DNA from: Antechinus flavipes
Taxonomy: Eukaryota
Direction: 5' to 3'
Assembly: GCF_016432865.1 (NCBI RefSeq)
Contig: NC_067400.1
Coordinates: forward strand, 616,714,001 to 616,778,000
Length of the DNA stretch: 64,000 nt
Made by a program: the position numbers and the translations under genes. The notes beneath the pieces were generated by a model, which had not been told where the DNA came from, ran no database searches, and worked only from the letters and a program-made list of their open reading frames with translations. Of this stretch, positions 24,090 through 59,877 are shown piece after piece (within the stretch, counting starts at the first letter, position 1; each line of letters opens with the position of its first letter).

Positions 24090-26611
24090 TTAATAACTTT
24101 TTATTGACAGAAGCCATGCCAGGGTAATTTTTTACAGCATTATCCCTTGCACTCACTTCTGTTCCAATTTTTCCCCTCCCTCCCTCCACCCCCTCCCCCA
24201 GATGGCAAGCAGTCCTTTACATGTTGAATATGTTACAGTATATCCTAGATACAACATATGTGTGCAGAACCGAACAGTTCTCTTGTTGCATAGGGAGAAT
24301 TGGATTCAGAAGGTAGAAATAACCCGGGAAGAAAAACAAAAATGCAAACAGTTTATATTCATTTCCCAGTGTTCTTTCTTTGGGTGTAGCTGCTTCTGTC
24401 CATCTTTGATCAATTGAAACTGAATTAGCTCTCTTTATCGAAGAGATCCACTTCCATCAGAATCCATCCTCAAACAGTATCGTTGTTGAGGTATATAATG
24501 ATCTCCTGGTTCTGCTCATTTCACTTAGCATCAGTTCATGTAAGTCTCTCCAAGCCTCTCTGTATTCATCCTGTTGGTCATTTCTTACAGAACAATAATA
24601 TTCCATAACATTCATATACCACAATTTACTCAACCATTCTCCAATTGATGGGCATCCATTCATTTTCCAGTTTCTAGGCTGACTTTTTTTCTTTCCTCCC
24701 AAGGCCATAGCCCAAAGACAGCTCTCAGGGCCAGAAAGACCCTCCAGATGCAAATAGAGATCCCCTCTTTTTCTTTTCCTTTTTTTTTAATTTTTTAATA
24801 ACTTTTTATTGATAGAACGCATGCCAGGGTAATTTTTTACAGCATTATCCCTTGCATTCACTTCGGTTCCGATTTTTCCCCTCCCTCCCTCCACCTCCTC
24901 CCCCAGATGGCAAGCAGTCCTTTACATGTTGATTAGGTTACAGTATATCCTAGATACAATATATGTGTGCAGAACCGAACAGTTTTCTTGTTGCACAGGG
25001 AGAATTGGATTCAGAAGGTAGAAATAACCCGGGAAGAAAAACAAAAATGCAAACAGTTTATATTCATTTCCCAGTGTTCTTTCTTTGGGTGTAGCTGCTT
25101 CTGTCCATCTTTGATCAATTGAAACTGAATTAGCTCTCTTTATCGAAGAGATCCACTTCCATCAGAATCCATCCTCAAACAGTATCGTTGTTGAGGTATA
25201 TAATGATCTCCTGGTTCTGCTCATTTCACTTAGCATCAGTTCATGTAAGTCTCTCCAAGCCTCTCTGTATTCATCCTGTTGGTCATTTCTTACAGAACAA
25301 TAATATTCCATAACATTCATATACCACAATTTACTCAACCATTCTCCAATTGATGGGCATCCATTCATTTTCCAGTTTCTAGGCTGACTTTTTTTCTTTC
25401 CTCCCAAGGCCATAGCCCAAAGACAGCTCTCAGGGCCAGAAAGACCCTCCAGATGCAAATAGAGATCCCCTCTTTTTCTTTTCCTTTTTTTTTAATTTTT
25501 TAATAACTTTTTATTGATAGAACGCATGCCAGGGTAATTTTTTACAGCATTATCCCTTGCATTCACTTCGGTTCCGATTTTTCCCCTCCCTCCCTCCACC
25601 TCCTCCCCCAGATGGCAAGCAGTCCTTTACATGTTGATTAGGTTACAGTATATCCTAGATACAATATATGTTTGCAGAACCGAACAGTTCTCTTGTTGCG
25701 TAGGGAGAATTGGATTCAGAAGGTAGAAATAACCCGGGAAGAAAAACAAAAATGCAAGCAGTTTATATTCATTTCCCAGTGTTCTTTCTCTGGGTGTATC
25801 TGCTTCTGTCCATCTTTGCTCAATTAAGGCTCTCTTTATCGAAGAGGTCGACTTCCATCAGAATACATCCTCAAACCGTATCATTGTTGAGGTATATAAT
25901 GATCTCCTGGTTCTGCTCATTTCACTTAGCATCAGTTCATGTAAGTCTCTCCAAGCCTCTCTGTATTCATCCTGCTGGTCATTCCTTACAGAACAATAAT
26001 ATTCCATAACATTCATATACCACAATTTACCCAGCCATTCTCCAATTGATGGGCATCCATTCATTTTCCAGTTTCTAGGCTGACTTTTTTTCTCTCCTCC
26101 CAAGGCCATAGCCCAAAGACAGCTCTCAGGGCCAGAAAGACCCTCCAGATGCAAATAGAGATCCCCTCTTTTTCTTTTCCTTTTTTTTAAATTTTTTAAT
26201 AACTTTTTATTGATAGAACGCATGCCAGGATAATTTTTTACAGCATTATCCCTTGCATTCACTTCTGTTCCGATTTTTCCCCTCCCTCCCTCCACCCCTT
26301 CCCCCAGATGGCAAGAGTCCTTTACATGTTGAATGGGTTGCAGTATATTCTAGATACAATATATGTTTGCAGAACCGAACAGTTCTCTTGTTGCATAGGG
26401 AGAATTGGATTCAGAAGGTAGAAATAACCCGGGAAGAAAAACAAAAATGCAAGCAGTTTATATTCATTTCCAGTGTTCTTTCTCTGGGTGTATCTGCTTC
26501 TGTCCATCTTTGCTCAATTAAGGCTCTCTTTATCGAAGAGGTCGACTTCCATCAGAATACATCCTCAAACAGTATCGTTGTTGAGGTATATAATGGAGAT
26601 CCCCTCTTTTT
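24090..26611 (-). mobile_element. Tandem array of four L1 3' fragments separated by an identical ~100-bp spacer
   Basis: L1 copies at about 24090-24677, 24776-25382, 25481-26078 and 26176-26595. The spacer gctgact...aaatagagatcccctcttttt is repeated three times; gagatcccctcttttt occurs at 24757, 25462, 26158 and 26596. Confidence 0.92.
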
Positions 26612-27059
26612 CAATGACTCTGGGACTTTATTTTTTCTGGGCTCCAGTTTTCCCTTGACTGATGGTCCAAGAGCTTTCCTAGCTTCAAGGTTCTAGTTCC
26701 TCAGAGGTGTTGAGATTCTAAAGAAGTTCATGGTGTTCCCCATTTAAGTCTGCATATTCTTGCATATCTTCTACCATCTTAGAGCTGAAAGGCTCTAAGG
26801 TTCTTCTGAGTTTGGAGTTGGGACTTGAAACTTTGAAATTCTGGTGGTTTTTGATGATTCTAAGTTTTAAGATTTTGAAGTTTTTATTCTTGTGAGTTTT
26901 GACAGTTATGAAGTTCCAAGGTTCATTAATCTATAGCCTGAAGGAACCTTAGAGTTTATCTTCACTTTCATCTTCCTTGATCCATTCTCCCCATAAGAAA
27001 ACTATTGGTTGAATAACTTGCTTGGGCTCTTATTGCCCAAGATCATATAGTTATTTAGC

Positions 27060-27265
27060 GACAGGGTTGGGCAGCTAAGTGGCAAGAGGGATAGAGCTGG
27101 GAATCAGGAGAACCAGAATCCAGATTCATCCTCAAATACTTACTAGCTGTGTGGCTTTGGGCAAATCATTGAAGCTAATTTGCCTCAGTTTCCTCATCTG
27201 TCGAATGAGCAGGAGAAGGAAATGGCAAACTCCTCCAGTGCCTCTGCCAAGAAAATCTCAAAGGG
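27060..27265. mobile_element. MAR1/MIR-like SINE
   Basis: ggcagctaagtggc...cctcagtttcctcatctg...ggaaatggcaaactcctccagtg...gccaagaaaat. Confidence 0.7.
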
Positions 27266-27496
27266 AGGGTCAGACGTGCCTGGAAAGAATACAAGAATAA
27301 TAAGAAGTTGAAGGCCTCTGACTCCAGAGTCTGTGCACTTTCTGCTGCATCATGATCAGATCCTGCCATTGTAAAGTTCTCAGAATTGAAAATGTTGCAG
27401 TTCCAAGAGATTCCAAAGTCACGAGATTCTAAGATTCCCAGATATCCCTTTCATTCCTTCGTGAACTGGGAAGGAGTCTTGAAAGAGAAGCCCATC

Positions 27497-27638
27497 TATG
27501 TATTTCGGCATATTTGACATGGATTTGGACTGCCTGCTGGGTGGGGGAGGGGATGGGAGGAAGAAGGGGAAAATTTGTGGCAGGGGGTTATGCAGGGGTC
27601 AATGTTGGAAAAATTACCCATGCATATGCTTTGTGAAT
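27497..27638 (+). mobile_element. L1 3' end in plus orientation, running into an N gap
   Basis: G-rich L1 3' UTR (gggtgggggaggggatgggagg) followed by ...gttggaaaaattacccatgcatat. Confidence 0.7.
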
Positions 27639-29203
27639 NNNNNNNNNNNNNNNNNNNNNNNNNNNNNNNNNNNNNNNNNNNNNNNNNNNNNNNNNNNNNN
27701 NNNNNNNNNNNNNNNNNNNNNNNNNNNNNNNNNNNNNNNNNNNNNNNNNNNNNNNNNNNNNNNNNNNNNNNNNNNNNNNNNNNNNNNNNNNNNNNNNNNN
27801 NNNNNNNNNNNNNNNNNNNNNNNNNNNNNNNNNNNNNNNNNNNNNNNNNNNNNNNNNNNNNNNNNNNNNNNNNNNNNNNNNNNNNNNNNNNNNNNNNNNN
27901 NNNNNNNNNNNNNNNNNTGGAGCTTGGCCCTCCACTATCATGGAACCCAACAGATGAAAAAAAAAATTCTGGCTCAGGGAAAGGAAAGTCTCTTGACCCC
28001 TTGGGCGCTGGGAGGGGGGACAGGGTATGTGAAGCCCCCAGATTACCCTCCTGGTAGGAGACATTCAGCAAGGAACAGAAACACGCATCTCCAGCCAGGA
28101 TGGGGTTGGGGGGCACTGTTTCTAGGAGAGTTTGCCCAGAGCAAACCCCCTGGCAGCAGAGAAAAGAGCAGACTGGGAACTCAAGGGAGAATTCCCGCGT
28201 AGGGAAACAGAGCATTATGTGCATCTTGCTATTCCTCTGAAGAGATCTCTTTGCTAAGGGAAGCTCATCCGCGGGTCCGCCCAGGGTAGCTCAGGAGTAC
28301 CAAGGACAAGTCTCCCAGGGTAGCTCTGGGTGCAAGTGCAAGGTGGTGCTGCTAAATAAAGGTCTATCGTGGAAAGGTTTTTAAGCCAAGAGACTCCCAA
28401 GTTTGGGGGTTCTGAAGTTTTGAGAGGCTACAATTCTATGCCTTCCCGTTCCGGGGTTCGAAGATTTGGGGGCGCTGAGATGATACATTTCCGGGGTCTC
28501 GAGGTGTGGTGATTGGAAGCTTTTGAGGTTCTATAACCGAAGGAACCCGGGGCGTGGGATCAGAAGGCGGGCCGCGTTCGGCCTTGGACAATGACTGCCT
28601 TTGTCAGGAGTCGCTCGGCTTTTTTAAGCCTCAGTTTCTCCGGGAGATGTTGGAGGAGACATTTGGCAAGGCAAGGGACCAAGAGGAGGAGGGGGACCGG
28701 ATTAAGGCGTTTTTGAATAGACCAAGGAGAATGGGCTGTGGTGGTGGGGGGGTTCCGAGCCGGGGCTGAGGGGTTCGGGAGGGGTGGTGCTAGAAGAGCT
28801 GAATGGCTTCGGGAGGCAGCTGTGGGGGTGGGGCGGGAGCCTAGAACGTGGGGGCGGGGCTGAGATATTAGGGTTGGAGCTGAGAAGGAAAAGCGTTGAG
28901 GGCTGCGGGGGCGGGGTTCCCCGAGGTGGGGGAGGGGGAGAGGTGTCGGGGATCCGGGCAGCCCCGGGCTCTTAGCATCCCCGGCTCTGCTGTAGCCTCA
29001 TTGGCCGGAGGGCAGCCAATCAGGAAGCTGAGGTGGGGAGAGCCCGGGGTCTGAGGTAGTGTGGGGCGCCGATCCGGTCTCCGCCGCCCGTCGCCCGTAG
29101 TTTCAGGAGGAGGGGGTGGAGAAGGATACCGGGAAAGGGAGGGGGGGGGTGTAATCTGGTTGCTATGGCGACGGGAGGCCGGGCCCGGGCTGGGATCGCA
29201 GCG

Positions 29204-51811
<22,608 letters not shown>

Positions 51812-52158
51812 GCCTCCGTGGTCCGGAGAGGCCACGGGGAAAGAGAGCCCCTGAACATGGCTGGGACATTCTTTGATTATGTAGGAGAGAAATATAATAT
51901 ATAAACCAGAATCTATATGTAGAGAGAGAGAGATTTATATATATAATATAATATAATATATATATATATATATATGAAAGAGTTCTAAGTGGGTGAACAG
52001 GGACAGCCAGGCAAGCAGACGAGGTCTCTATATTTCTCCAGGTTGAGGGAAGGGGTGTGGGGGGAACAGGTCTCACCGCTGCAGGGATACAGGGAGAAGG
52101 AGCACATTAGTTTAGGGTTTTTTTTTTTTTTCAAGTTCATTCTTTTGTATCATCCAGA

Positions 52159-52164
52159 ATTAAA
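52159..52164 (+). terminator. Candidate EML2 polyadenylation signal (ATTAAA)
   Basis: ATTAAA about 350 nt after the stop, with GU-rich sequence downstream; no closer AATAAA was seen. Inference only. Confidence 0.4.
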
Positions 52165-55100
52165 CTCACATGCACTGAGAAGATCGGAGCGTGTCCGGGT
52201 TTCTTGGGCCGGTGTGCGCCGCTGCGGTGTGAGCATGCCTGCCTCTCTGTGTGTGTGACACGGGATTAAGGACTGTGAGCATCACTGTGTCCCGCTGCGG
52301 TACTGACTGTGCTGTGTGACACCGGACATCTCTGGCCCCCGATCTGTTTCTCTGGCTCCCCATGACCCCCAAGCCTTGTTTCTGCTGTGAATTTTCACCT
52401 TGGCTTGCTGTTTCTCACTCCTCCCCCCGCCCCCTCCCCAAAGTTGTCCCTCAAAAGACCTACTTAAAGTTTTGGTCTTTTATTTATCTCGGCAGCCTAG
52501 AACTCGGGGGTCGTTCTGGAGGTTGGACTGGGGATCAGTCAGCCGAGGTCCCAGCCTGAGCCTTGCAGGGTTGGCCGTGTGACCTCAGCTAAGCTACTTC
52601 TCAACTCTGGACTTGGTTTCCTCATCTGTAAAATGAGCGGATGGAGAATCACATGACAGAGTTAGAAATCATTCCATTCCAATTCGTCCCCTTGGAGCAG
52701 GCGTCTGCTACAGCTAGGTGGCGCTGTAGTGGATGCAGTGGAGGCAGGAACACCTTCCATCAAATCTGGCTTGAGACACTAGCAGAGTGATCCTGAGCAA
52801 GTCACTTAATCCTATTGCCTCAGTTTCCTCATCTGTAAAATGAGAAGGGAACGGCAGATATCACTGGAGCCAGGAAAATTCTCAACGGAGTCACAGAGAG
52901 TGAAACTGAAATGACCGAAGAACAAACACATGCCGGGCACTGCTGAGTGCTGGAGAACCAAGAGGAAAAGAGAGTCCTTGACTTAAGGGGCTTCCAGGGG
53001 TCAGACCCAGGGAGGTGAACCTTCCCCAGGATAAAGAGCCAGACTGGTCCCACTCTGTAATCCATTTGGGCGCTTTGTAAGTCTCAGTCCATTGAAAAGG
53101 CTGTGCAGGAAACTAAGGCAGAGAGAGGGGGCAGGGATCCACCTCGGGCTCCAGGAGCCCTTTTCCTTTTAAAGTTTGGAATTACAGACAAGCAGGAGTC
53201 CCCAGGACCCTCGGATCCTTGTCTGTCCCAGTCTGAATTCCCAGGGGCCCTGCGGTAGAGACGCAGGAGAATCCCAGATCCTTTACCCATGAGCAGCCCC
53301 TGGGCCTCTTGCGCCTCAGTTCCTCCCTTTCTCCTTGCTTCCAGTCCTTCTAAGGCGGGCTCGGTGCAGCCCTGGTTTCCCAGGAAGCCCTCCCTGCTGC
53401 TTTCTACAGCCGTGTGACTATTTAGGGTCCAAACATGATTCCCATTCCTCCCTCTTTCAAGTTTTGCAAAACATTTTCTTCACAAGTAATAACCATTCTG
53501 GGATTGTGGGACAGGGGGCAGGGGTCAATTATTCCCATTATGTAGATGATGAAAAGGAAGCCGGAGGTCATGTGACTTGCCTCAAATCAGAGCAAGTTGG
53601 CAGAGGAAGGCTTCCTGGGTCTTCAACCCATGACATCCCTAAAGATCACTTAGTCCATTTCCCTCATGGTGGAGAGCAGAAAATTAAGACCTAGAAAGCA
53701 AGTATTTTCTCAAGCTCACCCACAGTCTGAAGGGCTCACAAAACCCCAGATCCCTTGGAGTCCTAGCCCCTAGTCCCATTGCTTTCTTTTTTAGACAATC
53801 AGGATTCAGTGACTTGCTCGAGATCACTCAGCTAGTAGTATCAAAAGCCAAATTTGAACTCGGGTCTTTTTGACTCTGGGATAGGTATTCTATCTGCTGT
53901 TCCATCTAGCTGCCCCCCCTCCCCCATTCTATCTCACTATCCTGCTCAGCCATTCTCATCACTCTGAGCCCAGCTGGTGCTCCCTTGTCCCGGCCCTTCC
54001 AGAGGTTGATCTCTCACTTTGTGCATCTCTCTTTTTTTGTATCTCTCTTTATCTCTGTATCCATCTCTCTGTTGCCTTTTCTCTCCATCTCTCTGTGGGT
54101 CTGTCTATCTCCATCTGTCTCCATGTCTGCCTCTCTCTTCCCTACCTCCTCGCCAGGTTAGCTCCAGAATTATCTTGCTCTGGAAGAGCTTAGTGAAGAC
54201 CAGCTTTACTCTCACCCTTTTACCCAGCAGGCCTCTGGGCCTGGTGGGAGAAGCCTTCAGAGATACTTCCCTGAGAAGTCAAAAGTTTCGTTCTTCTTCC
54301 CCTTATCTCTGCCCCCTTTCGGCCCCCCCATCACTCCCTCCCGCCCTCTGAGGCTTCCTTCGCTCACCCCAGAACCACAGCGCCTTCCTTTCCCATCCTT
54401 GTCTGTTCTTGATCTGACTTAAGGCCCTCCGGTCTCTCATGGGTGGGGGCTAATTTCCCTGCAGAGGCTGCTCAGGAAGAGAAGATAAAGCCCGTGGAGG
54501 CAGGAGGCAGAGTGGTTACCACCTTTCCTCTAGCCCCCCCCCATCCCCACTTCCTCTCCTGCTCCCCCCCCCCACCTCCAAGACAGGAAGGCTTCAGGAA
54601 TTCCGGGCCTAGGAGGAGAGGGAGTCTCTTCCTCCCCTTCCCTTCCCCCCCCAGGATCTGAACTTTCCAACTTTAACTCCTTCCTGCCACTCCCCCATTC
54701 CAATCCCGGACCCTTTAGCCTGAGCAGCTGCAGACTCAGACCGAGCCACCCAAGTCCTGGGAATCAGGTCCCCCCAACTCCATCTTCCATCCCCTTTGCC
54801 TATGGCCGAATCTGGCTTTGGATATTGGGGGGGGTGCCGGGGAGAAGACTCTTCCAATTCTACGAAGGTCCAACTGTCGGAGAAAGGCTTCTTTCCTTAA
54901 GACTAAGGTTGCCAAATTTGTGGATCTTGGGATAATAAGATCCTAGAATCTTAGAATTCAAATCCCAGAAGTCTAGAACCTGAAGAGATTATATCCTTAG
55001 CGACAGAGAACCCTAATACATTCGCTTGTTGAATTCTAGAACCTTCCAAGTCACAAACTGGAGACACTGGAATCTGTGAAGCTTTTTTTCCCCCAACTGT

Positions 55101-55399
55101 ATTTCATCTACTTCCGTTGTATTTTTTAATCCTGTGGAATTAAATTTTATTCATTTAATAACGTGATTCTCAGAAGGGGTTCCCAGACTGCCCAAAGGGT
55201 CCCTAGTGCCCCCCAAAGTTAAGAGCCGTTCCTCTAGTCTCGACGGCCAGGAGCCGAAGAACCCTTCGCCCCCTTCACCTGTGGCTAGATTGGGAAGCAG
55301 AGAATCTGGATGAGGGGGTGGGAGAATGGGGGCCAAGGGGTTAACCCCCAGCGTTGTGTCTGCAGCTCTCCTTCCCTGCTGGGGGCTATAATTTGGTCT

Positions 55400-56300
55400 G
55401 TGTCTAGACGACTAATAAGTTGGCTGGTTCGCCTGGGACAGAATGGGAATGAAGATGGGGGAGGAGGGGGTTGGTCTCTGGGGGAGGCCGGGGGCTGCTC
55501 CCCCGGAGGACCTGGCAAGGGGCTGGGAGGAGAAGCCACTCTCCATGGCTAACTGGAAGCTGAGTTCCTTTCTCTCCCCATCACGAAAGCCCGGGGATTT
55601 CCGACTGTCTCGACAGCTCCGTGTCTCCTTGGTCCCCCTTTCTGCCCGTCTCTTTTTACCTTTCTGCCTCTGTCTCCTTCTCTTCCCTCCAGCCCCTCTC
55701 TCTCCATCTGGGCTGGGGGCTCCAAGGCTTCGAGCGATCCAGCCGTTTTTGGCGCTGTCGAAGTCTGGGGGCCCGGGGGGGCGGGGGGGGCAGAGGGAAA
55801 GAGGGTCAGGTTTCTGGCCGTCCCGGACACCAGGTGGGGAGCGAGGCCGGGCTGGCGTGATCACATTTCAGCCTCTAATGGGCAGCCTGCAGGAGCAGGA
55901 GCCGGCAGGCGGTCCCTGGGGGAACCGGGTTAGAGGGGCTGAGGGACGGAGGCGGGGGCGGATGTGAGGGGGACACTGAGACCGACAGAGAAGCAGGCGA
56001 CCGCGCGCGGGGGGACGGCGGAGCTGGTGAGCAAGCCGGGGGGTCCGTGAGGGAGGGGAACCCCCATTTCTGCTCTAGCCCCTCATCCCCTCCTTCCCCA
56101 TCATCTTGCTCCCTCTCTACTCTCCCCGCCTCGGTCCCCGAGTCACCCCACTCCTCCTCACTGCCTCCTTAACTCGCTCTATCTCTGTACGTCTCTGTCT
56201 CTGTCCCCCTCCCGGACCCCCTTTCGCACCCTCTGCCCGAAGCTCCGCTTCCTACCTCTCTCTCTGTCGCTGCGTCTCTCTCTGTCTTTCTGGCTCTTTG
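55400..56300 (+). promoter_or_regulatory. CpG island, probable GPR4 promoter and non-coding first exon (candidate donor ctg|gtgagc after 56026)
   Basis: CpG-rich island about 4.8 kb upstream of the GPR4 ATG. Mammalian GPR4 is recalled to have a non-coding exon 1. Confidence 0.5.
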
Positions 56301-59300
56301 ACTCAGGACGAAGGGGGCAAGAGCTAGAAATCTCAGTCTTCCTCCTCCCTCCCAGGCTCTCTCTCTCTCCCAGATCAGGGCTCATGATCTGGGTGACATG
56401 GTGGAAAGAAACAGAGACAGACATAATAGAGACCCAAGCATGTGAGAGACAGGGGACAGAGGCAGATTGAGATCAGCTCGAGGATCCCACCGTCCTTTGC
56501 TCTTTGTCCCTTCCTCTCCCCCCTTCCCAGACCTCCTTATCTACAGGAGAGGACAGGGCGAAGGGGTGAGGGGATCGGGGGCAAAGGGGTTAGAGATTGT
56601 TTTCAGAGGCCTGTCTTCCTGAACTCGGGGAGTTTCTGGGGGAAAAGGAGGGTGACAACCCTAAGATGCAAATATGGGGGTCCAGAGGGGTCACCGGGAG
56701 GCAGAAGAGGGAGAGTAACTAAAGTACGATGAAGCACGGGGGCAGTGCGGGGGAGCAGCAAAAATACCCACCGTTCCGAGACACGGGTTCTAGTCCCATT
56801 GTCTCCAGAACTGTCAGCCTGGGAGATGGGAATTACCGCTCCGTCACTGAGATCCTTCCCAGCTTCCACAGTCAGTGTTCAATGAGGCTCTGCAGCTCTA
56901 ACAGCTTATATGGCCTCATATTCTAGGCTCATTCCTTGTTCTCTTAGTCTACGTATGTTCTAACATTCTGCCTTACAAGAACATCGCTGAGAAGCTCCAA
57001 GATCCCATTAATGTAAGACTAGGACTTTGCGAGAGGGGGTCTCTTGGGGGTACTACTCCGAAGCGGCAGACAGGACCGAGGGGTGAGATCAGTCCCCAGA
57101 TATTGCCCTAAAGTGTCCCTTTCCTCTGGATGAGGGAGGGCAGTAGCACACCTCCCTCCCACTTCCTCCCACCCCAGGAGGAAATGATTGGGTGGGAGGT
57201 GAATTTCCTTGCTATCAGGAAATTCGGTGCTTGGTTTTCTCTTCTGCATCCAAGGGGCTCCAGGTAAGGGAGATAAAGCCATTTATTGAATCGATCAGAG
57301 AAGAAATGAAAGGGTGGCTGAGGAACAGAGAGAGGGAAGAGACTGAGAGGCAGGGTGGAGGGAGACCAAGGAGGAAGGAGAGGGGGAGCGATTGGGACAA
57401 ATGGGAAAGAGTAGGGAGACTGGTGGACGTAGACAGGGGAAACTGAGGGACAGAGAGTTGGAGAGGAGGGGGATTGAGGATTGGAGGAAAAGGGAAGGGA
57501 GGAGAGAGAGAGGGAAGACTGCTAAAGGGGGGGCATTGAAGGGATGATAAAAAGCAGACTAAAAGATAGAGAAAGGGGCACTGAAGAGCAGAAGTGGGAT
57601 TCTCCAGGGGGAAAGATCCCGAGGAACCAAAAATGGGAGAGATTCAGAGAGGGGACATGTGGAAAGGAAAGGATGGAAAGGACTGAGGCGCAGAGCCACG
57701 TCAAAGAATACACAGAGGGAGGAGACGCTGAAGGTCAAGGCTGGGAGAAACTGAGGGACTGAGGGGAAATAGGGATAGAAAGAGGGAGTTGGGGGAAAGA
57801 CAGACCCCGAAGAACAGGAGGGAGAGGAAAGCGGAGGGACAGGGAGGGGGTGAAAATAAGGGATAGAAAGGCAGGCTGAGGACAGAGAAGGAAGACAGAT
57901 GGGAAGAAAAGGGATATTGAGGGAGAGTGTGGAAAGCAGAGAGCCAGACTGAAGAACATAGAGAGAGAAATGGATGGATGCAGAAAGAAGGGACACAGAG
58001 AAGTGGGTGGGAAAGACTAAGGGCCTGAAAGGAGGAAATTCAAGGAAGAGGAGTGGGGGATATTTTAAATATCAAAAGGGCAAACTGAGGGGCTGAAAGA
58101 CTAAAGCCAAGGGGAGGAGGGAGGAGGCGCCTGGGTAGAGTCATGTTCTTGGCTCCCAGTGGCAAAGAGAGGATGAATGTTAGGGCCTGGGAATTATCCG
58201 GGGCCTGACAGGGGGCCAGGGTTGCCGAGCGGACTTGACCTTTCTCTCGGTGGATCAAGAGCCCGTTCTGGAGCTTTGATGCCAGGGGAATATAAGCGAG
58301 CCAGAAGGGCAGGCTGAGTCCCCAGGAGCACACACGCAAGACGCCCTCCATACATAAGCACGTGTGCCTTACACATGTGCACACTCATGGAGCTGAAGTC
58401 CCACTAATTTCAGGTTAGCCAAGCCAGGAAAACTTGCTAGAAACGGGATGAAGGGGAGAGGGTTGGAGGCCTGGGCTGGGAGTACGGAGGCCTGGCTTTA
58501 AATCTCAGTTCTGATTCTTACCATGTTTGTGACTTCCGATGAGTTGAAAGACTCTCTGGGACTCAGTTTCCCAATCTGGAGAATCTCTTTCCAGCTCTAG
58601 ATCTGTGTTCCCCAAACCCCCCCCCCCCCAATCCCGTTCCATCCTAGGCGAGTAAGCAGAGATAAAGTGCATTCCTTCCTACATTTCGGCTTCGGTCTCC
58701 GTAAGATGGGATTTCCCCGGCTCGGGCTTCTTGTCCAGAGGAAAGAGCAGAGAAAGTCTCAGCATCCTAGGACTGACTGCCCATTGTTTTCCCGGGCCCG
58801 TCCACTGAAGTGTGCCTTGAATGTAACTGCGCGTTTCCGGCCGTGTGCATGGTGCGGCGGGCTCGTCTCTCCCTTGGCCGCTCCGTTCCTTTGCCTGTTT
58901 TGTGTTTCGTTAGGCCGGAGCCTTCGCTCGGTGGATCAGCTCCAATTTATCCCGCTGATAGCTCGCTTGTCCATATTTGGATCCCATGTTGCCTTCCCCC
59001 TCGGCCTTTAGCTTATGAGCTCCTGGGGGAGTAACAGCCGCCTTCTGCTACTCTTCCTATTCCTAGGGCTTTGCTGTTGCCAGGCACTTAGAAGGTATTA
59101 ATAATTGCTTATCGAACTAACTGCTGGGTGACTTTTCCAGCTCCCCCGGGGGAGAGTCAAGCTGTCGAGCTAGGATTCTGGACGCCTGGGTCCTGCTTTT
59201 TTTCCTCTAGGACTGTCTGCTTCTTAGGTGTACATTTTGTTTTCAGGTGGAGGGAGCTACTTCTCCTTGGTGACTCCAGACGGACAGCTCCATCCTTTTC

Positions 59301-59877
59301 CAGAATCTGATGATGAGTTAGGTAGGAACAGGGCAGCAGAGACCCCGACTCAGACTCATTCATATATATACCAGGAAACTTGAGATGTCATCCAGCCCCC
59401 CCCCAATCCCAGGTTTTATTGAGAGAAGCAAATCCTCTCCTGCCCCCCAAATTTGCCCAGGGCTCCAGGGTGTGTGAATTTGGATTTCAGGTCTCCTAGA
59501 TCCCAGCCGGCTCGCTTTGCAACCTCCCATGCTGACCCCTCCCCCAGTGGTGCAATTAATATTCATGGCATAAAATGAAAATTGAAGGCGAATGGGAGGG
59601 GCTAACCATGAACTCTCCTTTTCAGTCCGGCTTCTCTCTTTTAACACAGGAGGAATTTCAGACTCTCAAGCCAGCTTGTTGGGGGGCATAATTCAGCCAA
59701 ATCTCCAACCAGAACCGCCCCAGAAGCTCTCCGAGGCACCTGACTCCCTAAGCTGAAACTGCCCCTCTCAGCTCCTTGTCTTGCTACCGCACTGGCTCCC
59801 ACTTCTCAATTTCACATTTTCTGTATCTCTCTCCCTACCTTTGCAACTTGCCTGATCTTCAGAGAGGAAGGCTAAAG

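Noticed and set aside
24457-26295. Repeated 98-145-aa ORFs (…WYMNVMEYY…)
   Set aside because: They are the end of L1 ORF2 fused to spacer sequence in the L1 array, not a gene family.
26700-26940. Degenerate attctaag-type low-complexity stretch (similar ones near 27390, 54930 and 63760)
   Set aside because: Probably decayed simple repeat or old LINE tail; no structure worth claiming.
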